A DNA stretch of 61,698 nt, from positions 1 to 61,698 of the forward strand of contig JAUYKH010000040.1 of assembly GCA_030700065.1 (NCBI GenBank), in the 5' to 3' direction. A program made the position numbers and the translations under genes. Below the pieces are notes generated by a model. It worked only from the letters and a program-made list of their open reading frames with translations, made no database searches and was not told the origin of the DNA. Below, one piece after another: positions 1-7,592 of this stretch (its first letter is position 1; each line of letters begins with the position of its first letter). This stretch comes from a bacterium (lineage in GTDB: Bacteria > Patescibacteriota > Doudnabacteria > UBA920 > 2-01-FULL-46-14).

Positions 1-1
1 C

Positions 2-2977
2 AACAGTGAGCAAGGTCTGACTCTGGTTCCCGGGAGCGTCGTGTTGCGGCGTGACCAGGGGTCAAATCCGCAAACAATTAATTTGCCGGATACGATTTTT
101 ACTACGGGCGTTAATATCGGTGATGTGCGCGGGTGTTTTGAATTCCATGGATTTGTAAATTTTAAACTGAAAGTTTCGGAGAGCGCGCCGGCCGCGGTGA
201 CCCCGCAAGGCACGATTTCCGCGACTTCACCGCAAGTCTGTCCGCCCGCCACTTTGGGCAAAGCGACAATCACAGCAAGCGCGAATGTTGATTGGGAAGT
301 GCGGGTCGGCTCTACCACCGGGACTCTCTTCATGTCCGGCGGGGTAAATGAGACCGCGTCTTCGCAAACCTCAAATCCTGACGGCAGCTCCTGGGCAACC
401 AATGGCATGAAGTTTTATCTAGTTCAGGCCGGAACCAATACTGAAATTGCAAACACGACTGTGAACTTTGACACTACCGGATGTGCGCATGTCACGGCAT
501 CGGGCACTATTACCGCGACCAGCCCTGGCTGTCCGCCGGATGGAACAGGTGTGGTTACGATCACGGTCAGCAATCCGACCGTACCTTGGGTGGTACGGGT
601 GGGTAATGAAGGCAGGGATAATGGCAACAACAATTTTATGTCAGGCGGGCCTGGGGGGGTCCACACGCAAACGACGGGCGATTGGGTCACGGATGGCATG
701 ACATTTTACCTTGTCGCGTCCAATCCGGGCACCTTCGATCAAGTAACTGTCAATTTCACAGGCTGTCCTGTTCAACCCGGCCAAGGCCAGCTACAGATCA
801 AAAAGGAAGTTCGGAACATCAGCCAAACAGGTTCTTTTAATGACACTGAAGTTTCCGCCAATCCGGGCGACACAGTCGAATACAAAATCACTCTTTCGGC
901 CCAGAACAATTCAGTAGACAATGTCAGCGTCCGGGACAGTCTCGATTCCAGACTGACTTTCATATTGGGCAGTTTGAGAAGCGATACCGGGGTTCTTAAC
1001 AGCGGCAGTTTCTTTGGTAGCGGTAGCGGGCTCAACATGGGCGGTATCAGTCCGAATAATCCAGTAACAATTTATTTCCAGGCAACTGTGGCTCCCGAGA
1101 GTTCTTTCACCGCCGGCACGCATATTTTGCCCAATACGGCTACTGCCACAAGTGGCAGCCAGTCAGTGCAGGATACGGCCAATGTCCGAGTGGTCGTGAG
1201 CGCCCCCATTGTTATCCAACAGGTTTACGCGCTTGGCATCACCAAACGCGTACAGAATGTAACGACCACCTCCGCCTTTTCGACATCGGTTTCGGCGAAT
1301 CCGACCGAGCGCGTAAAATTTGAAATTGTCGTCAATACCGCGGGCAGTGACGCCGCGCAGACCAATGTCACCCTCCGCGATATTATAAATGACAACCGGC
1401 TGACATTTGTTGCCGGCACGATGCGGCTGAATAATAATACTGTCCCAAACGAGTTGGCCGTGTTCGGCGGGTCCGGGCTTAGCTTGGGAACTGTTCAGGC
1501 CAACGACACGCGAACCCTGACTTTCGAAGCCAATGTCGCGGGAAGCTCGTCTTTCTCTGCCGGCACGACTGCCACGCTGATTAATACCGCCAATGTGCGA
1601 AGCGATCAGGTCGGAGTACGCCAGGCCCAGGCGCAGGTGATTGTGAGCGTATCGGCGGTCACGCAAGACCCTGCCCTTAGCATCACCAAGAGAGTGAGAA
1701 ATATCGATGACAACACCAGCTTTAGCACATTTGTCACGGTTGATCCGGGCGAACGGGTCAGATTTGAAATCGTAGTAACCAATACTGGCAATGCCGCGCT
1801 TAGCAATGTCATTGTGCGCGACAACTTTCCTTCTTCCAGATTGAGTCTCACGGGTGGGGATACGGCATTGGTGGCAAGCAATGGCTTTAATGCCGGCGGC
1901 ATGGGGATCGGCGGATCTCGGACATTTATTCTGGATGCTACGGCCATTGGCAATGATTTTGCTTCTGTTACCAATACGGCTTTTGCTAGAGCGGACCAGG
2001 TAAGTGAAGTACAAGCCCAAGCGACCGTAGAAATTCGCCCTGTCACCACGTCGCCGCCGCGGGACCTCGTGATCAACAAACAAGTCCGGAATTTGAGCCA
2101 GAATGAGACGACTTTTCGCAACTCTACATCCGTTAACCCAGGGGATCGGCTCGAATATCGAATCGTTATTGAAACCACGGGCAATGCTTCACAGAACAAT
2201 GTGATCGTCAGGGACGCTCTGCCCGGCCGACTTACCTTTGACAGCGGCGACTCTTCGCTCTTTGGCAGCGGCCGGAATTTCGGCACGCTCTCGGCCGGAA
2301 CTTCACGAACGGTTATTTATCAAGTGATAGTCGCGGGCGCTTCGTCTTTTTCAAGCAATACTGTAACCACTTTGATCAATACGGCTTCCGTGAGATCAGA
2401 CGAGGTCGGCACTAGATCTGATGAGGCGTTTGTCAATGTTCAGGGTCCGTCTGTACCAGGCGTTTCGATCGCCCAGAGCAAATCCGCGTTTAATATCACG
2501 CAAAATAGGGACGCGACTACAGTCGCGGCCAATCCCGGGGATACGATTGAATATACCCTGCGTTTCAGAAACACTGGTTCTGGCAACCTGACCAATGTTG
2601 TAATCGAGGATGATATCCGGGATGTGCTGGAACTGGCGCAAATGACCAATACCGGCGGCGCTGTCGTGGACAACAATGTGATTCGTTTTCCCGTGGTTTC
2701 TGTGTCTGCGGGAAGCGAAATTACCAGGACTTTCCGAGTCACGGTCAGAGCCGCGAATACGTTCCCGGCAACCGCGGATAGTTTCATGGTCAATTTTTAC
2801 GGGAACGAAGTGCGAGTCCAGGTCAGACGGCCGCAAGTGGCGCCCCTCGTGCTCGTCACCCCCAGAACCGGGGCGGGCGAGTGGTTCGTGGTTGCGCTGG
2901 CAGGACTAACTACTGCTGGGTATTGGATTTATCGCAGACGGAAACTAAATCGTCAGGTTCCAGGACTGGCAGTATAA
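2..2977 (+). CDS. Cell-surface repeat protein (DUF11-type conserved repeat domains); 5' end lies outside the window; sortase-type C-terminal anchor
   Basis: The frame is open from base 2, upstream of the ORF-track M at 41. Five tandem modules share I(T/N)K.V.N...F...V..NPGD.V.Y.I...NTG...NV.V.D motifs. The C-terminus is VTPRTGAGE, then a hydrophobic helix, then RRRK. Confidence 0.8.
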   Translation, partial: NSEQGLTLVPGSVVLRRDQGSNPQTINLPDTIFTTGVNIGDVRGCFEFHGFVNFKLKVSESAPAAVTPQGTISATSPQVCPPATLGKATITASANVDWEVRVGSTTGTLFMSGGVNETASSQTSNPDGSSWATNGMKFYLVQAGTNTEIANTTVNFDTTGCAHVTASGTITATSPGCPPDGTGVVTITVSNPTVPWVVRVGNEGRDNGNNNFMSGGPGGVHTQTTGDWVTDGMTFYLVASNPGTFDQVTVNFTGCPVQPGQGQLQIKKEVRNISQTGSFNDTEVSANPGDTVEYKITLSAQNNSVDNVSVRDSLDSRLTFILGSLRSDTGVLNSGSFFGSGSGLNMGGISPNNPVTIYFQATVAPESSFTAGTHILPNTATATSGSQSVQDTANVRVVVSAPIVIQQVYALGITKRVQNVTTTSAFSTSVSANPTERVKFEIVVNTAGSDAAQTNVTLRDIINDNRLTFVAGTMRLNNNTVPNELAVFGGSGLSLGTVQANDTRTLTFEANVAGSSSFSAGTTATLINTANVRSDQVGVRQAQAQVIVSVSAVTQDPALSITKRVRNIDDNTSFSTFVTVDPGERVRFEIVVTNTGNAALSNVIVRDNFPSSRLSLTGGDTALVASNGFNAGGMGIGGSRTFILDATAIGNDFASVTNTAFARADQVSEVQAQATVEIRPVTTSPPRDLVINKQVRNLSQNETTFRNSTSVNPGDRLEYRIVIETTGNASQNNVIVRDALPGRLTFDSGDSSLFGSGRNFGTLSAGTSRTVIYQVIVAGASSFSSNTVTTLINTASVRSDEVGTRSDEAFVNVQGPSVPGVSIAQSKSAFNITQNRDATTVAANPGDTIEYTLRFRNTGSGNLTNVVIEDDIRDVLELAQMTNTGGAVVDNNVIRFPVVSVSAGSEITRTFRVTVRAANTFPATADSFMVNFYGNEVRVQVRRPQVAPLVLVTPRTGAGEWFVVALAGLTTAGYWIYRRRKLNRQVPGLAV

Positions 2978-2993
2978 AAATTATAGAGCGACA

Positions 2994-3022
2994 AAATCCC
3001 GCCCTTTCAAAGGCGGGATTTT
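2994..3022 (+). terminator. Rho-independent terminator
   Basis: AAATCCCGCC / GGCGGGATTT 10-bp stem with an 8-nt loop, followed by TT, 17 nt after the stop codon. Confidence 0.6.
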
Positions 3023-3023
3023 G

Positions 3024-3032
3024 TGATATAAT
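3024..3032 (+). promoter_or_regulatory. Extended -10 promoter element (TGaTATAAT)
   Basis: TGATATAAT lies directly after the terminator. A GGAGG at 3052-3056 precedes ATG 3064. Confidence 0.45.
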
Positions 3033-3063
3033 GGCCGCACTACGGTCCCCAAGGAGGAAATGA

Positions 3064-3681
3064 ATGTCACAGCGGAAAGAGATCATGACAGTAAACGCGA
3101 AAATTCTCGCGGATGGCAGATTGTGGAATTACGGTCCAAACGCGCTGATGCAGGCGGAAATCCGTCCGATCGGCAGCGGTCCGGACCATAGCCCGCGAGC
3201 TATAATCACGGATTATCGCACAGAGGTACATACGCTCTGCAAGAGGATGCAGTGGAACCCGTGTAACCCGAAAAGGTATCAAGACTTCGAGGAAGCAGTT
3301 TGTTCGCCGGCACGCGTTGTCATAGAACAAGTTGGCGAGAGCGATTTTGAAATCAAGCTCTTTGAGACGAATGTCTGCAACCCGGACAAGACACTGATCA
3401 GTGTTGATCTGGAGTTTTCGCTTGTCCGTGGGGAAGGCTTTCGTTTGAAATCAGATTCCTTGTGGCAATTCGAATCACATACCCTGATTCGCCAGTACCC
3501 CAACGAGTATATGCCGCCTACCATTGTCACTGCCTACTTCACTTTCCTATTTTTGACAGATGGCGATAATCCGGTGCATTACGAGAAGTTTGAATTCGCG
3601 AACGGTCGCGAGAATATAAAGGACGTGTTTCGGATTGCCAAAGATCTGGAACGTCTCCGCTGTCCGCAGTCAGCGCTTTGA
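3064..3681 (+). CDS. Hypothetical protein (205 aa), no recognisable family
   Basis: GGAGG sits 7 nt upstream of the ATG. The gene has its own -10 box and a downstream terminator. No motifs were recognised. Confidence 0.6.
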   Translation: MSQRKEIMTVNAKILADGRLWNYGPNALMQAEIRPIGSGPDHSPRAIITDYRTEVHTLCKRMQWNPCNPKRYQDFEEAVCSPARVVIEQVGESDFEIKLFETNVCNPDKTLISVDLEFSLVRGEGFRLKSDSLWQFESHTLIRQYPNEYMPPTIVTAYFTFLFLTDGDNPVHYEKFEFANGRENIKDVFRIAKDLERLRCPQSAL

Positions 3682-3716
3682 AAATGGGCATCAGATTGAT
3701 CGGTGCCCATTTTTGT
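3682..3716 (+). terminator. Rho-independent terminator
   Basis: AAATGGGCA ... TGCCCATTT stem followed by TTTTGTTT, immediately after the stop at 3681. Confidence 0.65.
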
Positions 3717-3747
3717 TTGCCTCTTGTGCGGAGGACTCAATGGGGCA

Positions 3748-3753
3748 TATAAT
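3748..3753 (+). promoter_or_regulatory. -10 box (TATAAT) 8 nt upstream of ATG 3762; implies a leaderless mRNA
   Basis: CATATAATG context. There is no Shine-Dalgarno sequence between the box and the ATG. Confidence 0.45.
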
Positions 3754-3761
3754 GATTTATC

Positions 3762-4901
3762 ATGCCCAACACGACCCCCGCAATTTCCCCGCAAACATTG
3801 AGTGATCTGAAAAAAGCCTTCGAAGCCTCCCCGAAGGGATTTGTCATTACGGATTGGGGAGCGCCGCGTTTTGCCGTGGTGGATTTTGCGACTTTTGAAA
3901 AACTGCGGACTCAAAAAAAAACGGTGGCCCCGATCAGGACAATTTTAGTCACTGGCGGCGCCGGCTATATCGGCTCCCACGCCGTAAAAGTTTTGCGGCA
4001 GAGCGGGTACGAGGTAGTGGTTTACGACAATCTCTCGACCGGCCGCCGCGAGGCCGTGGGGGATGCCAAGCTTATTGTCGGGGATTTATCCGACCGCGAA
4101 TTATTGGCCAAAGTCTTTGCTGAAGAAAAGATTGATGCCGTGATGCACTTCGCGGCCAGCATCGAGGCGGAGGAATCCGTCTTTAAGCCGGTCGAGTATT
4201 TCCAGAACAATGTCATAAATGGGCTTTATCTTCTCGATGCCATGGTCGCCGCCGGGGTTGCCAGATTGGTCTTTTCTTCGTCAGCCGCGGTCTACGGCGA
4301 TCCGGCCAAATTTCCCATCGCGGAAGACAGTACGTGCGAACCAGCTAATCCGTACGGGGAGAGCAAACTGGTTTTTGAAAAAATCTTGAAATGGTATTCA
4401 AAAGCCTACGGCCTTCACTCCATAAGTCTGCGCTATTTCAACGCGGCGGGAGCGGACGCCGCTTCAGGGCTTGGCTATCGCAGGGAAAAAATGTCGCACC
4501 TCATCCCGCGCGTGCTGGATGTCGCCGCGGGCAATGAAAAAGAAATCGAAGTCTACGGTCAGGATTATGCCACGCCGGATGGCACATGCATCAGGGATTA
4601 TATTCACGTTCTGGATTTGGCGGAGGCGCATGTCGCGGCGCTTGAGAAACTGGCCGCAAGCAACGGCGCGTACGTATATAACGTTGGCACAGGCAGGGGA
4701 TACTCGGTCCTCGAAGTGGTGGATGCGATCATGGAAGTCACCGGGCACATGATCCCGATCAAGGTCTCGGAGCGTCGGGCAGGAGATCCGGCCAAGCTTG
4801 TCGCGGACAGCACCAAGATCCAAAGAGAATTCGGCTGGCGCCCGCGGCACGATCTGCAATCGATTATCGAAACATCCTGGCAGTGGCATAGGAAAGTTTG
4901 A
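3762..4901 (+). CDS. galE: UDP-glucose 4-epimerase (GalE, SDR family) with a roughly 55-aa N-terminal Phd/YefM-antitoxin-like extension
   Basis: ILVTGGAGYIGSH Rossmann motif and YGESK (YxxxK) catalytic motif, with GalE-like sequence throughout. The N-terminus TLSDLKKAFEASPKGFVITDWGAPRFAVVDFATFEKL follows the Phd/YefM pattern. Confidence 0.85.
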   Translation: MPNTTPAISPQTLSDLKKAFEASPKGFVITDWGAPRFAVVDFATFEKLRTQKKTVAPIRTILVTGGAGYIGSHAVKVLRQSGYEVVVYDNLSTGRREAVGDAKLIVGDLSDRELLAKVFAEEKIDAVMHFAASIEAEESVFKPVEYFQNNVINGLYLLDAMVAAGVARLVFSSSAAVYGDPAKFPIAEDSTCEPANPYGESKLVFEKILKWYSKAYGLHSISLRYFNAAGADAASGLGYRREKMSHLIPRVLDVAAGNEKEIEVYGQDYATPDGTCIRDYIHVLDLAEAHVAALEKLAASNGAYVYNVGTGRGYSVLEVVDAIMEVTGHMIPIKVSERRAGDPAKLVADSTKIQREFGWRPRHDLQSIIETSWQWHRKV

Positions 4902-4913
4902 ACTTAGCAAGGC

Positions 4914-4942
4914 TTGACCAGGCGGCAGTTTTTTGCTACAAT
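4914..4942 (+). promoter_or_regulatory. Sigma70-type promoter TTGACC-17 nt-TACAAT
   Basis: The -35 box is at 4914-4919 and the -10 box at 4937-4942, with an exact 17-nt spacer, directly after the galE stop. Confidence 0.55.
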
Positions 4943-4985
4943 AGCCAGTTCTTTTGAAATACATATTTTACTAGAGGAGGTACAC

Positions 4986-5123
4986 ATGATGGGGCAAAAT
5001 TTTGACCCGAAAGAGGAGGCACAAGTGTTGGAACGTACATTGTGCCAGTACTGTGAGGACGTAGGTCCATGCCGGTACTGCAAACGGGGGAGGGAGGAAG
5101 AGGCCGCCCGGCGGAGAAAATGA
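4986..5123 (+). CDS. Small Cys-rich protein (45 aa; CxxC-x5-CxxC zinc-knuckle-like, basic tail)
   Basis: AGGAGG lies 6-7 nt upstream of ATG 4986. It has its own promoter and a perfect 10-bp-stem terminator. The cysteine motif is CQYCEDVGPCRYC. Confidence 0.55.
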   Translation: MMGQNFDPKEEAQVLERTLCQYCEDVGPCRYCKRGREEEAARRRK

Positions 5124-5148
5124 ACTGCTTTTGAAGCATGGGACTTCG

Positions 5149-5177
5149 GGAGTGATCGAAATCGATCACTCCTTTTT
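5149..5177 (+). terminator. Rho-independent terminator
   Basis: GGAGTGATCG-AAAT-CGATCACTCC perfect 10-bp stem followed by TTTTT. Confidence 0.75.
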
Positions 5178-5184
5178 GTTGGCG

Positions 5185-5193
5185 TGTTATAAT
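5185..5193 (+). promoter_or_regulatory. Extended -10 promoter (TGtTATAAT), 9 nt upstream of GTG 5203
   Basis: It lies after the terminator, so the ORF-track start at 5131 would span a terminator and is unlikely. Confidence 0.45.
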
Positions 5194-5202
5194 TATCTCA
5201 CT

Positions 5203-5424
5203 GTGAAAATACTCGTCAAAGTGAAAGCAGGAGCAAAACAGGAGTTTGTGCGCCAAATCGGCGCGAACAATTTTGTTGTTTCGGTGATGGCGGCGCCGGA
5301 GAAGGGAAAAGCTAATGAAGCCGTGAGATCCGCCTTGGCGGATTATTTTAATGTGCCGAAATTTAGTATAAAAATCCTCGCCGGCCATACGACCAAAAAT
5401 AAGCTTATTCAAATTCATGTTTAA
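5203..5424 (+). CDS. DUF167 / YggU-family protein
   Basis: VKILVKVKAGAK...VSVMAAPEKGKANEAV...LAGHTTKNKLIQI matches the YggU pattern (V.V.P.A...APP..G.AN...G..S..K). The start was moved to GTG 5203. Confidence 0.7.
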   Translation: MKILVKVKAGAKQEFVRQIGANNFVVSVMAAPEKGKANEAVRSALADYFNVPKFSIKILAGHTTKNKLIQIHV

Positions 5425-5438
5425 ATTGAGAAACCTAT

Positions 5439-5876
5439 ATGCAAATCACATGCCCCGCGTTTGAACACAATCAAACAATTCCCAGGAAATACACCTGCGA
5501 CGGCGAGAATATCAATCCGCCACTTGAGTTTTCAGATGTGCCGGAGGCTGCGCAGAGCCTAGTACTGGTTATGGATGATCCAGACGCGCCAGCGGGATTA
5601 TGGGTTCATTGGACGCTGTGGAACATTGATCCGAAAATTTCCGAAATCCCCGAAGACAGTGTTCCTGAAGGGGCGGTGCAGGGGGCAACGAACAGGGAGA
5701 ACCATTATGGCGGCCCATGCCCGCCGGATCGCGAGCATCGTTATTTTTTCAAGCTTTACGCGCTAAAATCCAGACTTGATCTGGATGCATCAGCCGACAA
5801 AGCCGCTCTTGAGGCGGCCATGGCAGACCAGGTGATTGAACAAGCCGAGCTCATAGGGCTTTACAATCGCCGCTAA
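5439..5876 (+). CDS. YbhB/YbcL-family Raf-kinase-inhibitor-like (PEBP) protein
   Basis: DDPDAP, WVHW and GPCPPDREHRYFFKLYAL motifs. Confidence 0.8.
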   Translation: MQITCPAFEHNQTIPRKYTCDGENINPPLEFSDVPEAAQSLVLVMDDPDAPAGLWVHWTLWNIDPKISEIPEDSVPEGAVQGATNRENHYGGPCPPDREHRYFFKLYALKSRLDLDASADKAALEAAMADQVIEQAELIGLYNRR

Positions 5877-5896
5877 ATTTAGCATTATTAGGGCAT

Positions 5897-6385
5897 ATGG
5901 ATCAGCAGCAAAGTGCCCCTGAAAAAGTCGGTCCGAGGGACGTATTTTTGCATCTCCTGGCCATAGTGACCCTATACGCAAGCGCCATTACTTTTTCGGT
6001 GCTTATTTTTGATTATATTGATATTTATATTCCCGATCCGCTCATCGATAATAATTATTACAGCGTGAGTTCCTCATATCAATCGATCCGCTGGTCCATC
6101 GCATCACTTATAGTTATTTTCCCTGTTTATCTGCTTACCACTCGTCATCTCAATAGGTCATACTCCGGCGATCCTGCTAGAAGTAATTTGCGGACCCGAA
6201 GATGGCTCCTGTATTTCACTTTATTGGTTGCCACCCTCATAATCATCGGCGACCTGGTAACCTTGATTTATCGTCTCTTGGGTGGCGAGCTGACCATTCG
6301 GTTTGCCCTCAAAATGTTGGCGGTGCTGTTCGTGGCCGGTTCGATTTTTGGGTATTACCGCGCAGAGCTTAAAAAATATAAATGA
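5897..6385 (+). CDS. Integral membrane protein (DUF5671-like topology)
   Basis: Four predicted transmembrane helices. The family assignment is from memory of similar CPR proteins. Confidence 0.5.
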   Translation: MDQQQSAPEKVGPRDVFLHLLAIVTLYASAITFSVLIFDYIDIYIPDPLIDNNYYSVSSSYQSIRWSIASLIVIFPVYLLTTRHLNRSYSGDPARSNLRTRRWLLYFTLLVATLIIIGDLVTLIYRLLGGELTIRFALKMLAVLFVAGSIFGYYRAELKKYK

Positions 6386-6855
6386 AGTTTTTTGTGTATA
6401 CAATTATCGCCGTAGTCGCCGCCGCGGTCATCGCGGGATTTTTTGTTGTCGGCTCGCCGCAAGAGGAGCGATTGAGGAGATTCGACGAAATGCGGGTACA
6501 GAATCTGCAATTCATTCAGTCGGAAATTATATATTTTTGGCAAAATAAAAATCATCTGCCCGCATCCTTAGACGATTTGCGCGACGATATCCGAGGAATC
6601 AGTATTCCGCGGGATCCTCAGACCGGCGAGTCATACGGCTATCAAACAAAAGGGTCGGCGAATTTTGAGCTATGCGCCAATTTTGCCAGGGCTGGCCGTT
6701 TCGAGAACGCGCCCGCGAGCGGCATTCAGAAGTCGGTTCCGGCGGGTATCGGCTATTCCCCCGGAGGGTACGGCAATTGGCAGCATGACGCGGGGAGAGT
6801 TTGCTTTGAGCGCACGATTGACAGAGATATATACCCCCCAATTAGAAAAGAATGA
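6382..6855 (+). CDS. Hypothetical N-terminally anchored protein
   Basis: N-terminal hydrophobic helix. Its start overlaps the upstream stop by 4 nt (ATGA). Confidence 0.5.
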   Translation: MKFFVYTIIAVVAAAVIAGFFVVGSPQEERLRRFDEMRVQNLQFIQSEIIYFWQNKNHLPASLDDLRDDIRGISIPRDPQTGESYGYQTKGSANFELCANFARAGRFENAPASGIQKSVPAGIGYSPGGYGNWQHDAGRVCFERTIDRDIYPPIRKE

Positions 6856-7592
6856 ATATCAAATTATCCGTTGTAATTCCGGCTTTTAATGAATCAAAGA
6901 GAATTTCGCAAACACTCGAGGGCACAGATGCTTATCTGCGAAAACAAAATTACGACTACGAGATAATTGTTGTCGATAACGGCAGTAACGATAACACCTG
7001 CGACATCGTCAAAGAATATCAGGAGAGGTCCGTCAAGAATCTCGTCCGGCTTTGCTTGTCGAAAAGCATAGGAGCGAAGGGAAGCGCCGTAAAAATGGGC
7101 ATTTTGGATTATGCCCATGGAGATTTTGTGGTATTTATGGACGCTGACAATGCCACTCCCATCTCGGAAATAGAGAAATTCTGGCCGTTTTTAGAAAGCG
7201 CCCAATACCAAGTGGTGATCGGATCGCGATATGTTCATGAATCCAACGTCAGTCAAAAGCAGCCGTTTTATCGCGTAGTCTTGAGCCGAATGAGCAATCT
7301 GCTCATCCAAATACTTTTAATAAAGGGAATCAAAGACACCCAGCTCGGATTCAAGGCGTTCCTGGGGAAAGCGGCGAAAGATATTTTTTCACAAGTCAGC
7401 GTGCCCGGTTGGGGGTTCGACATGGAAGTCTTGACTATCGCGATAAGACATGGATACAAAATCAGAGAAGTCGGTGTGATTTGGCGCGAAAGGGGAGGGA
7501 GCCATGTGCCGCTCGGAGCGTATGTTCAGAGTTTTCTGGATCTTCTCAAAATTAAAATCAATTCCATTCTCGGACGATACAATAAAAAATGA
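6852..7592 (+). CDS. GT2-family glycosyltransferase (dolichyl-phosphate beta-glucosyltransferase-like)
   Basis: VVIPAFNE, IIVVDNGSND and FMDADN (DxD) motifs. Confidence 0.8.
   Translation: MNIKLSVVIPAFNESKRISQTLEGTDAYLRKQNYDYEIIVVDNGSNDNTCDIVKEYQERSVKNLVRLCLSKSIGAKGSAVKMGILDYAHGDFVVFMDADNATPISEIEKFWPFLESAQYQVVIGSRYVHESNVSQKQPFYRVVLSRMSNLLIQILLIKGIKDTQLGFKAFLGKAAKDIFSQVSVPGWGFDMEVLTIAIRHGYKIREVGVIWRERGGSHVPLGAYVQSFLDLLKIKINSILGRYNKK

Noticed and set aside
1163-2083. 306-aa minus-strand ORF, and several others at 424-2836, antisense to the DUF11 surface protein gene
   Set aside because: It lies entirely inside a well-supported plus-strand CDS. The composition is Arg/Gly-rich and typical of shadow ORFs. 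There are no motifs and no RBS.
5131-5202. ORF-track 5' extension of the DUF167 gene (start 5131)
   Set aside because: The extension would read through a perfect 10-bp terminator (5149-5177) and the TGtTATAAT box. Homology to YggU begins at GTG 5203.
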